Under the pieces are notes generated by a model. The model was not told the DNA's origin. It saw only the letters and a list, made by a program, of their open reading frames with translations, and did not search any database. From the IMG/VR virus record IMGVR_UViG_3300031847_000001: a stretch of 64,000 nt of DNA. One strand, 5' to 3'. Source of the DNA: an uncultured virus (IMG/VR IMGVR_UViG_3300031847_000001) (Duplodnaviria > Heunggongvirae > Uroviricota > Caudoviricetes). The first letter of the stretch is position 1. The number at the start of each line of letters is the position of its first letter. This document shows positions 1 through 9,560 of this stretch, one piece after another. A program made the position numbers and the translations under genes.

Positions 1-551
1 GCGGTGAGGTATTCGGGATTGGTTCCCCACTGTTTCAAGGTTATATTATCACCTTGATTATCAACCTTATTATATAAGGTTGATTTACGATCCCCGCCAT
101 GGTTGCCGAGTTTTCGTTCCTCCAGATTCCCCTTTACCTCCACAAGCGACAGATCGCCATTCAGGTGTTTATTCCAGTCCGCCTTTAGTGACTCATACTC
201 ACCGAGCCAGGGCTCGAATACAGCGGCGTACATCGCCTTGAATGAGCCATAATTGACGACCTGTAGGTCGTCGGCATACTTGCCAGCCGGAGCAATCAAA
301 TCCTTGTCCCACTCCATCGCCTCAGCGCGCTTCAGGCCCTGCATTATCTCGGGGAGCAGTTCGGCCTGTAGTTCTTGAATGCCAATGAAGTCCCCGAGTA
401 GGTACTCCTGACTATCCGGCTTCTTGTGCGTTGAGAACTTGTTGCGCGCGGCTGACAGGGGATTGGCGCGATTCTTTCGATCGCGCCGCCCCTTAACCCC
501 ATCATGTAATTTAAACGGCAGGTCTTTAAAGTCCGCCTTGCTACTCTTCAT
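1..551 (-). CDS. Partial hypothetical protein (open to window edge), translationally coupled to the HNH-helicase
   Basis: Manual translation from ATG at 551, which overlaps the upstream gene end: MKSSKADFKDLPF...HGGDRKS...NQGDNITLKQWGTNPEYLT; no stop before base 1. Confidence 0.75.
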   Translation of the reverse strand, partial: MKSSKADFKDLPFKLHDGVKGRRDRKNRANPLSAARNKFSTHKKPDSQEYLLGDFIGIQELQAELLPEIMQGLKRAEAMEWDKDLIAPAGKYADDLQVVNYGSFKAMYAAVFEPWLGEYESLKADWNKHLNGDLSLVEVKGNLEERKLGNHGGDRKSTLYNKVDNQGDNITLKQWGTNPEYLT

Positions 552-3183
552 CACGACCTCCGTATAAGGACGATGCGGCGCCGAGTCTGCCCCACTTGGC
601 CAAGTAGATGTATGTCAGTTTTTCGATCCTGGTCGAAATGGTTGGCGAACAAATTTTATGATGGTAGCCAGGCTGATCAAGCGGGCCGTCATTCCCCGCG
701 TTCTCAACGTCGAACACATCTTGTAGGGCGCAGTTCACGGCCTTAATGACAGATCCAATATTCGCACGAAAATCGGTATACACCCCGTTCTTTAGCAGCG
801 CGTTGGTGATGGCGCCCCCGATCTCGCTGACAATACTATCCTCGCCGTTTAGTCGTCTGATTTTGACCGGAGGAATGTATGCCTGCTTCTCGTCTTCGTA
901 GATCAGCGCCCCTATCAGATTGCGCACGAACTGATCTTCATCGCGTATGCGCTGCAAATATCCGGCTCTTAGATCGTCTCGGACCTTGAGAGACTCGTTG
1001 ACAAATTGCTCTAGTTTTGAGTCTTCGTATTGGTCCGGCCGCAACTGCGTTTCCTTCAGAACCGCGCAGACCGGATCGCGGGCGGGAACGCATATAAACT
1101 TCTTCCTGTATTCCTCGTCTTGCGTAACGCTTCTTATGTGTTCTACGGCTGCTTCTCTGCGCGCGTTGGTGATCTCGGGCGGGAGTTGGTTTACGATCTG
1201 ATTGATCTCCTCGTCGCTCAAACGCGCCAGATCCTCAATGGAGATGCCGTCGTTGATCCTCTGGCCCAATTCGTTGTCGATTTGTGTTCTATCGGCTTCG
1301 GTAAACGGTACTTCTCTCTTCTTATTAAGGTCGGGATCAGTCAGGGCATTTTCAGTCGCATCCCCGTATAAAAGGTCGCGCCATGTAGGGAGCCCGCTCT
1401 TCTCTAATTGCTCCTCCATCGTGTGGACCCATCTTCGCGCCTCTGCCGTTGAAGCCCAGTCGGTTCCGTTGGCGTCCGGATAGTAGAGGTGTGCCGTCAC
1501 AAATCGCTTGCAGCGGTCAATATCTAAATACTTCTTTAGGTGATTTGGAATCCGATGAGTGCGGCCGTCAAACTGTACCTGTTCAGATATTGAACTGGAT
1601 CGGTTGATGTCCACATTGATAAGGCAGGTCCAGTTATTGAGACCTCGGACGCCGATGTCTATCACGATGAGAATGCGCGCGGATTTGTCCGCGCAACGCC
1701 CGTTATTGGATTCTTTTGCGAGTAGCCAGGGGTGTATTTTCTCTGCTCGCTTGGACGTGCCCGCATCATGGATGAGATATTTCTCTTCTGACGAATCAGG
1801 AAGGGACTTCTTTATGACCTCCCCGCCTTGGACGATGTACCGATGTTTAACCCCCTGATACATCATCGCCGTTCGCCACCCGTCGCCGCTCAACTCTCCC
1901 TGCCGCTTAAGTCTCGATAGAAGCTCTTCAATCTGCGCGGTCAGGCTGTTCGCCTGTTTGATAGTGCTGCATCGGATCAGAATGTGCGGGCTGTACCAGT
2001 CATCCGGCATGGTGATCTTCATCTCCCGTTCCAACTGTTCCGCGCGCATGATCGCTTTATGGACCGTGGCTAATTGGCCGGGCAAACTGTCCTTATCGTT
2101 GTGTGCGGCTTCGATGTATTCGTGTTGACCGCGAACCCCCTTCGTATGGGCTGAATGTTGAACGGGAACGATGTAGCCCTCAGATTTTCCGCTTTCCCAC
2201 GTAGGAACAATCTTGAGGCAGCGATCTAACTCGAATGTCAGCGCATAGCTTGCAGACGTGGCGAGGATGAAGTGTTTTGAGATCACTCCTCCATCCGCAT
2301 TAATGGGTGTCGCCGTAAGCCCAAACTTCAGCGCGTGCGTTGCCAGTGTAACTATCCTGCCGAGTTGGGCGTGCGCCCAGTCGCATTCATCGAATACGAT
2401 GGCGTCATAATTATTCAAAATCTCCCTGATCTGGTCATCTGTACGCGGCTGATTTTCCCTGTCCCATACGGCTTGGGGGCAGGCTATGGTGATATCGTGG
2501 TAGGCGTAGCCTTTTGCAAGGTCGCCTGACTGGGTACACTTGAGAATGCGAGGGGCCTCCTGATGCAGTCCATACTTTTGCACCTCTTTCTCTAGCTCGG
2601 CCTCTAGCTGATCGGCGCTTGTGGTGTCTTTAACAAACCACAATGCGCGCCCCACCCTTGGCCCCTTGTCCGTGCGGCGTAATACTTCCGAGTTGATGGC
2701 GAGCAGGAGTGACACGGTAAGCATGGTTTTCCCTGCGCCGGTTGTCAGCACAAAGAGCGAGCAATACGTGAGCAGGTTGTTGCGCTTGTCTCTGCTTGTA
2801 AAAAGCTCCGCATGGTTCTTTATGAGTTGCGGCCCGCAATAAACTTGAACTGCTCTCAGTCCGGCATAGGATAGATGTCTGTCAAACCAGAACTCATCCC
2901 GCCATCGTGTATCCTCGCCGGCGCCTCGCACGAGATTTGATTCCTTGCATCCACTATGACAAATCAGGCGGCAATTACGTGCGCTGTCTTCGCCGCCTTT
3001 GCTGCGGGCTTGACGGTGATCATCGCTTAAGGGAATCTCGCCATCTTGGTCCAACGCGCCATGTAGCTCAGCACATATGCCGTCTGCCCAGTTTTCACAT
3101 ATCGGTGGTTTATGGCGGTTGAGAATGGCCTCCCATTCAAGGGTTGTTATGCAGTCTGGCTTGTGTGGGATTTTGAATCGCAT
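541..3183 (-). CDS. HNH nuclease-like domain fused to a superfamily-2 (ResIII/DExD-like) helicase
   Basis: N-terminal DDH..RSKGG.D...N.RLIC..C...N (HNH-like); Walker A LTTGAGKT, Walker B FDECD, motif III GLTATP, motif VI QFDGRTHR. Confidence 0.8.
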   Translation of the reverse strand: MRFKIPHKPDCITTLEWEAILNRHKPPICENWADGICAELHGALDQDGEIPLSDDHRQARSKGGEDSARNCRLICHSGCKESNLVRGAGEDTRWRDEFWFDRHLSYAGLRAVQVYCGPQLIKNHAELFTSRDKRNNLLTYCSLFVLTTGAGKTMLTVSLLLAINSEVLRRTDKGPRVGRALWFVKDTTSADQLEAELEKEVQKYGLHQEAPRILKCTQSGDLAKGYAYHDITIACPQAVWDRENQPRTDDQIREILNNYDAIVFDECDWAHAQLGRIVTLATHALKFGLTATPINADGGVISKHFILATSASYALTFELDRCLKIVPTWESGKSEGYIVPVQHSAHTKGVRGQHEYIEAAHNDKDSLPGQLATVHKAIMRAEQLEREMKITMPDDWYSPHILIRCSTIKQANSLTAQIEELLSRLKRQGELSGDGWRTAMMYQGVKHRYIVQGGEVIKKSLPDSSEEKYLIHDAGTSKRAEKIHPWLLAKESNNGRCADKSARILIVIDIGVRGLNNWTCLINVDINRSSSISEQVQFDGRTHRIPNHLKKYLDIDRCKRFVTAHLYYPDANGTDWASTAEARRWVHTMEEQLEKSGLPTWRDLLYGDATENALTDPDLNKKREVPFTEADRTQIDNELGQRINDGISIEDLARLSDEEINQIVNQLPPEITNARREAAVEHIRSVTQDEEYRKKFICVPARDPVCAVLKETQLRPDQYEDSKLEQFVNESLKVRDDLRAGYLQRIRDEDQFVRNLIGALIYEDEKQAYIPPVKIRRLNGEDSIVSEIGGAITNALLKNGVYTDFRANIGSVIKAVNCALQDVFDVENAGNDGPLDQPGYHHKICSPTISTRIEKLTYIYLAKWGRLGAASSLYGGRDEE

Positions 3184-3379
3184 TTACGATCTCCTTTGGT
3201 TAATGCTATGGCGTGCATTGAAGATCGTTGTCGCGCCATAGCGCAGCGAGTTAGCGCCAAAGCGCCTATCGCTTGATTGTTGATTAATGGCCATGTGGTG
3301 ACCATCTTCGTGACAAGCCATGATGAACATATTTCGTTACATTGTGTCAACTAAAATGATACACGCGTATAAAAAGAAC

Positions 3380-3402
3380 GGGGCGAGCCGAAACCCGCCC
3401 CT
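3380..3402 (-). terminator. Probable intrinsic terminator after the SSB-like gene
   Basis: GGGGCG-AGCCGAAACC-CGCCCC stem-loop with a nearby A-run on + (U-run on -). Confidence 0.4.
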
Positions 3403-3419
3403 TAACAACAACACACGAC

Positions 3420-4301
3420 TCAAAATGGTATATCGTCCGCGTTGTGCTCTTCGAAGGATTTACCCTTTGGTGAGTATTCGCCCTGTGGATCGTTGATGGC
3501 AGGATCGGCCGATGGCCCCTGTGCCGTCTTCGACTCCGTAGCGCTCGACCCGCCGGCGTATTCCCACTCCCGCGACCAGTCGTTAGCCTCAACGTAGAGC
3601 TCCTGCATCCGCTTCAGCAGGGCATTGCCGACAAAGCGAGACTTGGCGAAGGTCAGATCCACGCTCGGCGGCAAGGCGATGATGGGCATGGTCGCTTCCG
3701 ACTGCTGTGCGCCGCCGCCTACCTTCTCATGCTTGCCGGCCTTCACTCTCACCCAGAGCGCATACGGCGGCAGGCCCTGGCCCTTGTTTGGTGACGTCCG
3801 ATTGACGACCGCAACGACCTTGCTCATATGTTCGCGCTGAATAGCCTCGATGGCCTGGCCAAGTAAGCCCTTGAAATTGAACGTGACGGGATTTTCAAAG
3901 CCCTTGATGAATCCGACGATCTGCAGGTGAGCTCGGAAACCTTGTTCGTAATTTCGCCAGGCGCGAAATTCTTTCTTGTCGTTTGTCTCTTTAAACCAGC
4001 GTTTCCGCGATCGCACCAAGGCAATATCCGCAACGTTCGTTCCGATGCCGAGGACTTCACCCCTGTCGCCTTCGAAACTCTGCGGCGTCCAAAGGTCGAT
4101 CTCCGTGTCGGCCCCGGCCGCGTCCTTGCTGAAGAAAAAGCCGCCGGTGTAATTGATGTTCTCAGGCCCGAGGGCTTTCATCGCTGCCTTGCCGTGAAAC
4201 CAAAGGACGAGCGGTAGTTGCAGTGACATCGCATCTTGCGCGGACTGGTCTACGCCGTCCCAATTGATTTCCTCGGCGGCAGGTTTTGCATTTGTAGTCA
4301 T
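3420..4301 (-). CDS. Putative ssDNA-binding/recombination protein
   Basis: Globular N-terminal domain, disordered linker and acidic C-terminal DDIPF tail typical of SSB-Ct. Confidence 0.55.
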   Translation of the reverse strand: MTTNAKPAAEEINWDGVDQSAQDAMSLQLPLVLWFHGKAAMKALGPENINYTGGFFFSKDAAGADTEIDLWTPQSFEGDRGEVLGIGTNVADIALVRSRKRWFKETNDKKEFRAWRNYEQGFRAHLQIVGFIKGFENPVTFNFKGLLGQAIEAIQREHMSKVVAVVNRTSPNKGQGLPPYALWVRVKAGKHEKVGGGAQQSEATMPIIALPPSVDLTFAKSRFVGNALLKRMQELYVEANDWSREWEYAGGSSATESKTAQGPSADPAINDPQGEYSPKGKSFEEHNADDIPF

Positions 4302-4345
4302 TACGTCATTACTCCTGTTGAAAAGGTTGATTCCGAGCGCTCGCG

Positions 4346-4367
4346 TGTAACATCAAATGAGGTTACA
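4346..4367. promoter_or_regulatory. Putative repressor operator TGTAACATCA-AA-TGAGGTTACA
   Basis: Near-perfect palindrome; related copies at 49626-49647 and 63026-63047. Confidence 0.65.
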
Positions 4368-4397
4368 AAACAAACGCTAAAAAAGCGCGTCTTGCTA

Positions 4398-4425
4398 AGC
4401 ATACGCGCTTTTAGAGTAGTGTCAA
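4398..4425 (-). promoter_or_regulatory. sigma70-like promoter for the SSB-like gene
   Basis: TTGACA-16 bp-TATGCT on the - strand. Confidence 0.55.
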
Positions 4426-4468
4426 GTGGAATGTTGCAAAGATGTATCGAAGAATGTTCAGGCGGGGG

Positions 4469-4786
4469 TTAGATGCCTACGGCGAGTCTCTGTCTTGTTT
4501 GCCATGTTGTCGGTGCCGCGCATGGTCCGCACAGGTCGAGGTCTTTCTTTCGCACGACGGCGCGCGCGCCACAGTTGCAAAGTGGGGTTTGTGGGGTTGT
4601 GGCGGCCTTGATGGCGGCCTTGTCAGGCGCTGAGATTGGGATCGGCGAAGATCGACGCCCATGTTCCCATCTCTCAATGGTGCGTTTCGGCCTTTCAATG
4701 CCGCATATGCGAGTGAGCAATTCAGCAAACTCAGATTGAGAGTGGAAAAGGTTTTCCCTGAATTGTTGCAATTCCTCCGGTAACAT
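4469..4786 (-). CDS. HTH (XRE/Cro-like) protein with C-terminal Cys motif
   Basis: SQSEFAELL...KRTIERWEHG HTH pattern; CNC...CGPC. Confidence 0.6.
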   Translation of the reverse strand: MLPEELQQFRENLFHSQSEFAELLTRICGIERPKRTIERWEHGRRSSPIPISAPDKAAIKAATTPQTPLCNCGARAVVRKKDLDLCGPCAAPTTWQTRQRLAVGI

Positions 4787-5138
4787 ATTTTGAGTATACG
4801 TGAATCACGAGATGTACTCAACGGAAAACTATACGCGAATCCCGTAGCATTGAAATAAATTATACTGAGCCGATTACGACTTTAGAACATCAACCACGCT
4901 AAGAACGATTTCCATGTCGTCCGAAGATTTGCTGCACGATGCGCAGTTTGCATTTCTTGGCCTTGCCGGCGCTCAAGTCGGCCTCTTCGATCATCCCTTC
5001 AATGGATTCGTTGAATTCGCCAAGTTCCATTATGCTGCCCCCTCGACTTGCAAAACGCCAACATCGTCGCGCCCCATCGCCTGGATTGCCAGCGTCAACT
5101 GATCAATGATCCGTTGAGCGCTGGCGCGGACTGTCTCG

Positions 5139-5682
5139 TCAGGATGCTTCAAGAGCTCGCGGGCCTCGTGCCTGGCTTCCAGACTCGCAGCCGGCACATC
5201 GTAGATGCTGAAGTCTGGCGTCGATGGATTGTTGCCGCTTCCGGAGGATGTTCTTGATGACACCGATTTTCGTCTCATAGTCTTCACGCTCCAATTCAAT
5301 CATTTGAGTCGCGCTGATGTAGCCGGCAGTCAGACGTTTTTCGCCGCCACATTCGACGCAGAATGCTCGCCTAAGAATCTCATATCCGGTTCGTAATTTG
5401 CGACCAATTTTCCGCTTTCCGGACGGGTTTACGACGTGCAGATCCGGGACTGGCGACCGGCCATCTTTTAGGCGTTTCCAGTCCCGAATCTCGCTGTTTA
5501 TAAGTGATAGTTGCGAAATGATTTCCAGGGAATTTTTAGTACTAAAACCATCGCCGGAAATCAGCCTAAAAACTGGACGGTCTTTAGTACTAAAAACCTC
5601 GGCGGATTTAGGAGAATCCAGAGAAGGGTTTTTAGTACTAAATGGCGCCGGATTTTTAGGGGACTGAGTGCGCCTCCTCACC
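5139..5682 (-). CDS. Hypothetical protein with FSTK repeats and two CxxC motifs
   Basis: ORF track frame 5139..5807; likely start is the GTG near 5682 after a short hydrophobic ORF; CVEC and CAGC motifs. Confidence 0.5.
5534..5642. repeat. Three copies of palindrome TTTAGTACTAAA at exact 48-bp spacing
   Basis: AGTACT cores start at 5538, 5586 and 5634. Confidence 0.85.
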
Positions 5683-5755
5683 ACATCGCCTTGACCGCCA
5701 GGCAGATCAGAACGGCCATCAATATCGCGTACGCGATCGCTAACCTGCGCATGTC

Positions 5756-5980
5756 CTACCCCCTTGATTGCTTCTTGGCCTTCTTGGCCTTCGGCGTCAT
5801 GAACCATGACAGCCCCGTCAGGCCGATTAGTAGAAATAGAAATCTCAGCCCCTCGACCGGGCCGCTCGTCAGAAAGAATCCGCCGCCCCCCACCATTAGA
5901 AACATCAGCGCTATGGTTCCCTTTTTCATGATCTGCCTCCTTGGTTGATTGTTCAGGGTTCGCCGCCGCGGCCCCTTCAC
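5756..5980 (-). CDS. Small membrane protein (2 TM)
   Basis: Two hydrophobic segments and a basic C-terminus. Confidence 0.55.
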   Translation of the reverse strand: MKGPRRRTLNNQPRRQIMKKGTIALMFLMVGGGGFFLTSGPVEGLRFLFLLIGLTGLSWFMTPKAKKAKKQSRG

Positions 5981-6001
5981 TTCCCTGCTCTTCCGCGGCG
6001 G

Positions 6002-6946
6002 CTAGTGTTTTCCCGGATGCGTCTCAGTCGGGAAGTCTGATTGCTGCGGCGGATGATTGCGCAGTCGCCATTGGCCGTTGGGGTCTTGTACCCAGGGCGA
6101 CGCCCACGGCGCGACTCGTGGGTCGTTGTATGATCCTGACAGATAAGCGTGCTGCAGGTGATCGGCTATGCCGTCGCCGTTCTTGTCCCACTCCCAGGCC
6201 AGCGCGCAGATCCCAAACGCCACAACCGACACCAACAGTTCGGCAATCGCAAAGGCGAGTAGGAAAGGGGTGTAGTACTTCATCACCTCTTCGACAGTCA
6301 GGGCCTTGTCTAGGGTGGCCGTTACTGCGGCGGCCGTCTCGGCGGTTGACTCCGACGCCGGCGCGCTTATCCTGGTCCCTCGAGGCGCTTGAATGCCCAG
6401 CTTGCGCGCCTCGGCATTGCGCCAAGCCTCGGCCTTGAGCCGTTTGGTTTCACTCTCGAGCAGGTCTTTTCTGCGCTTTACTTCGGCCTCGGCGCGCTTG
6501 TCGGCTCGGTCCTCTTCTGAGTGTCGTTCTGTCGTCGCTTGCTTGGCGCCGCTGATCTCCCGAGCCAATACCCAATGGAAGGCCAGGTTGCCAGCGAGTA
6601 CCAGATCGATCGCGAACGTGGCAATCAAAACGTATCGCCGTACTTTGGGTGTAGCCAGCGCGCTGGCCACGGCGAAGATGATGGCAATTCCGATCGTGGT
6701 AACCACCATCCCGGTCGCTAGCCAGCTTGCTTCGGGGAAGACTGTTTTGTTCGCGGCGATCACGAGCACGCCGGGGATAATCACGGCGAAGAGCATCCCG
6801 GCCGCTTTGCCCCAGCCAAAATTAACCTGGCGCCGTACGGGCATGTATGGTGGGTATCCGAAGTTCGGGTTCGGCCCGAGCGGCTGTTGTGGCGCAGGGG
6901 TTGGCGCTTGTGGTCGTTTCTTAAAAAGTTTGGTGAATATTGACAT
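6002..6946 (-). CDS. Multi-pass membrane protein with coiled-coil loop
   Basis: Three N-terminal TM segments, charged coiled coil, a fourth TM; SD GGAGG upstream. Confidence 0.75.
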   Translation of the reverse strand: MSIFTKLFKKRPQAPTPAPQQPLGPNPNFGYPPYMPVRRQVNFGWGKAAGMLFAVIIPGVLVIAANKTVFPEASWLATGMVVTTIGIAIIFAVASALATPKVRRYVLIATFAIDLVLAGNLAFHWVLAREISGAKQATTERHSEEDRADKRAEAEVKRRKDLLESETKRLKAEAWRNAEARKLGIQAPRGTRISAPASESTAETAAAVTATLDKALTVEEVMKYYTPFLLAFAIAELLVSVVAFGICALAWEWDKNGDGIADHLQHAYLSGSYNDPRVAPWASPWVQDPNGQWRLRNHPPQQSDFPTETHPGKH

Positions 6947-7191
6947 CGCCTTTCCTCCATTCGGGAAAAGCGAGCTAGGCGGGAAGTATTGGCAGGATTG
7001 GACTTTAGAGCCTTAGTGTTGTATCTCTATTGCCGCCTGTCAGCCTCGCGCTTGCTCGCGTGGTTGTAGAGTCGCTTCGGCGACTCACTGCGGCGCGTCG
7101 GCTGTTCTCCGGCGCGTCGCGGCGGCAATTGTAAACTAAGATGTTGCTTTTTGGAACATCCTTTGCGTATACTCGCGATAATCGTAACATC

Positions 7192-7239
7192 AAAAAAAGA
7201 GCCGACCGCGCTTCATCTCTCGAATGCGGTCGGCTCTTT
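7192..7239 (-). terminator. Intrinsic terminator
   Basis: AAAGAGCCGACCGC...GCGGTCGGCTCTTT inverted repeat with an A-run. Confidence 0.7.
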
Positions 7240-7244
7240 GGCGT

Positions 7245-7439
7245 TTAGTTCCTACTTAGTCCGCCTTGCAGGGCTCTCGACGCTTTTTCTTTCTCTTCGG
7301 CGAGTTCGGCTTCGAGTTCTTTGATTCGCGCGTCTTTCTCTTTGACTACGGTGGTGATCGCTTCATAGATAACATCTCCTGCGTTCTCGCCGTTGCGAAT
7401 ACATAGTAAACATCTTGCAACTGCTTCTTCTGGTGTCAT
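7245..7439 (-). CDS. Small coiled-coil hypothetical protein
   Basis: MTPEEAVARC... with SD upstream, follows the HTH gene. Confidence 0.55.
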   Translation of the reverse strand: MTPEEAVARCLLCIRNGENAGDVIYEAITTVVKEKDARIKELEAELAEEKEKASRALQGGLSRN

Positions 7440-7443
7440 TTCT

Positions 7444-7671
7444 TTAGTCCTCCGTTGTTGGCTTCCTGCCCCCCTTGCGTGGCTCGAAGTCTCGCAGGCG
7501 CTCGACGCCTTTGTCGGTGAGCAGTAGGCGCTTACCAACCTCGACGACCTCGCCGGCCTCGACCGTCAAGGGTTCGCCGCGCACCTCCAGGCTCTTAATT
7601 CGTTTGTGTATGACGGCGCGCCCACTCAGTTCGAGCAGGCGCGCGGCTTCGTGGTAGCTGTAGAGTTTCAT
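7444..7671 (-). CDS. Small HTH DNA-binding protein (excisionase/MerR-like)
   Basis: MKLYSYHEAARLLELS...; ATGA overlap with the upstream gene. Confidence 0.6.
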   Translation of the reverse strand: MKLYSYHEAARLLELSGRAVIHKRIKSLEVRGEPLTVEAGEVVEVGKRLLLTDKGVERLRDFEPRKGGRKPTTED

Positions 7672-8453
7672 GCTTGCACTAACTCGCTTTCGCTGATTAT
7701 TGATCCATCCCACGCGTATACGGCGCCGCATGCGCAGGTGATCGGCGGTTGCTGGTTGTTGTATTCGGACACTGGCGCCTGGCCGCAAGGGCAACGGATG
7801 CGACCCGAGGCAGGACTACCAACCGGCGCGTCCGGATTTCGGACCCAAGCGCGTTTTGTGAATTTGCTGGTCACTTTCGCGCTGTCCGCTTTGGTCCGGC
7901 GCGTTGAAGTGGTGGCGGTCTTTCGCGCCTTGCGCGCCGGCTTTGGCTTCTCGGCGACCTCTTTCCATAGCGACGACAGACTGATGACGTTTTCCTGTCC
8001 TAATCGCATCTGTGGTTTCTCGTGGAAGGCGCAGGAAGTGGCCCGCCGCGCAAACCAGTAGGCGACGTTGGGTTGATTGGCATCGATCGCCTGCGCCATG
8101 TATTCGGCGTACTGTGAGCCGTGGTTCAGTTCGTAGTGGGCAGGGGGCGCGTAAGTGCGCAGTTCGTAGAGCCGATCTTCGAGCCACGCGGGCATCATAT
8201 CGTCGAGGTTGTAGATCAGATGGCCAATGCCCCCAGTTTCGGCCAAGTAGCTTTTCTTGTCGGCGACGATGTTGGAGTCGTATAGGTCAAAGGTTTCGAC
8301 CTTTTCAGGGTAATAGCGGACCTCGAAGGCCAGCGCGTTCAGTTCGTGGGCGACTTGAATGAGGTCGTAAATCTTTTCTCGGTTGTGGCCTTCGTCAATG
8401 AGGACTTCCGCTAGACCTTTGATCTCTTCGGCGTCAAAATAAATTGTAGACAT
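7668..8453 (-). CDS. Hypothetical early protein with C-terminal Zn-ribbon
   Basis: 261-aa ORF, SD AAGGAG, CPCG...CACG. Confidence 0.75.
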   Translation of the reverse strand: MSTIYFDAEEIKGLAEVLIDEGHNREKIYDLIQVAHELNALAFEVRYYPEKVETFDLYDSNIVADKKSYLAETGGIGHLIYNLDDMMPAWLEDRLYELRTYAPPAHYELNHGSQYAEYMAQAIDANQPNVAYWFARRATSCAFHEKPQMRLGQENVISLSSLWKEVAEKPKPARKARKTATTSTRRTKADSAKVTSKFTKRAWVRNPDAPVGSPASGRIRCPCGQAPVSEYNNQQPPITCACGAVYAWDGSIISESELVQA

Positions 8454-8489
8454 TGATCGAATCTCCTTAACAGTCTTTCGGTTGATGTT

Positions 8490-8516
8490 TGGGGCGTGTT
8501 TACGGCACGCCCCCAG
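8490..8516 (-). terminator. Stem-loop (terminator or processing site)
   Basis: TGGGGCGTG-TTTACGG-CACGCCCC inverted repeat. Confidence 0.4.
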
Positions 8517-8520
8517 GTTT

Positions 8521-8826
8521 TCAGTACGCGCAGACGACCTTTTGATAATCAGCCTTCCGCCACTTCGGGCCGTTGTCGAGGATCTTCACTTGAAACTGGC
8601 CGTTGCGTGTGCGGATACCGTGGATACGAAGTCTGCGAGGGTAGTCGATCTTGTCGTCGGTTCGCAGGGTGACTTCCAAGTAGAGCGGCTTTTCAGCCTT
8701 CCAGAATTCGCGGATTTGCGCGAGTGATAAGTTTGTGAAAGTCATGGGTTTCTCCTTTGGTTTTGGGTTGCAGTCGTGAAGTGGAAAGATCGGCGCGATC
8801 AGTTTGTTGCAGTCCGGACATCTCAT
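8521..8826 (-). CDS. Hypothetical protein
   Basis: ORF in a coupled leftward operon; a downstream start (MTFTNL) is possible. Confidence 0.55.
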   Translation of the reverse strand: MRCPDCNKLIAPIFPLHDCNPKPKEKPMTFTNLSLAQIREFWKAEKPLYLEVTLRTDDKIDYPRRLRIHGIRTRNGQFQVKILDNGPKWRKADYQKVVCAY

Positions 8827-9077
8827 TTAGCAGCCTCCAGTTGCTCAGTCAGTTCGACGCCGCCAATCGTGTTCCGGTCGGTAGCCTTGCCGTCATAAGT
8901 GATGTAATACCACCAGTAATGGCCGCTCGCGCTGCAAACCTTCACTGTCTCGCGCGCTGATCGCCATGCCGCGCGTGCAGCGATTTTGACTTGCTCATAT
9001 GTCCCCTCGAAAAACTCTGATGTCGTGTTCAGGGACGGGCGAGGGTTCGTGACTTCGATTCGATATTTGTTTGGCAT
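8823..9077 (-). CDS. Hypothetical protein
   Basis: ORF with SD, overlapping the next gene by 4 nt. Confidence 0.65.
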   Translation of the reverse strand: MPNKYRIEVTNPRPSLNTTSEFFEGTYEQVKIAARAAWRSARETVKVCSASGHYWWYYITYDGKATDRNTIGGVELTEQLEAAK

Positions 9078-9104
9078 AAGTCCTCTATTCGTTGAATGAT
9101 GCGA

Positions 9105-9440
9105 TTACTCTTGGCGTCGATATTCGTGGTGCTCTTCGTCGAAATACCAAACGGCAGAATGCGGCTGACAAGCTATACGGTCGGCGGCTTCCATCGCCCG
9201 CGCCCGACTGCCACTGCGCTGCGGTCTTCGACCGCACGTCTCGCACGCATAGCGCAGATTTGTTTCTGTGTCGCAGTATTCGCACGTTCCCTTGACGATC
9301 GGCAGACCGTCTTCGTCAACTTCCGGCGTTGTCGGCTTCTCAGGTTCGACCACAGGCGCCGCGCCAGCGATTTCGGCTCCGAACAATTCCAGATCACCAA
9401 AACAAAATCCGCTCTGTCTGTTGTCTCTCTTTTTCGCCAT
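9105..9440 (-). CDS. Hypothetical protein with CxxC-CxxC motif, first gene of leftward operon
   Basis: SD GGAGG; CEYC...CETC. Confidence 0.6.
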   Translation of the reverse strand: MAKKRDNRQSGFCFGDLELFGAEIAGAAPVVEPEKPTTPEVDEDGLPIVKGTCEYCDTETNLRYACETCGRRPQRSGSRARAMEAADRIACQPHSAVWYFDEEHHEYRRQE

Positions 9441-9485
9441 CTCAATCCCTCCGGTTCGTGGTTATCACTTCCAACTGACAAGCGC

Positions 9486-9514
9486 ATAGTAGTAAATGTG
9501 GAAACTTTTGTCAA
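9486..9514 (-). promoter_or_regulatory. sigma70 promoter (early, leftward)
   Basis: TTGACA-17 bp-TACTAT. Confidence 0.75.
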
Positions 9515-9560
9515 CCGAATTCTTTTACTCAACCCCACTTTTTTTCTTGCAACATTCCAC

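Noticed and set aside
5534..5642. Mini-CRISPR array
   Set aside because: Repeats are only 12-14 bp, there are three copies, and they lie inside an open frame
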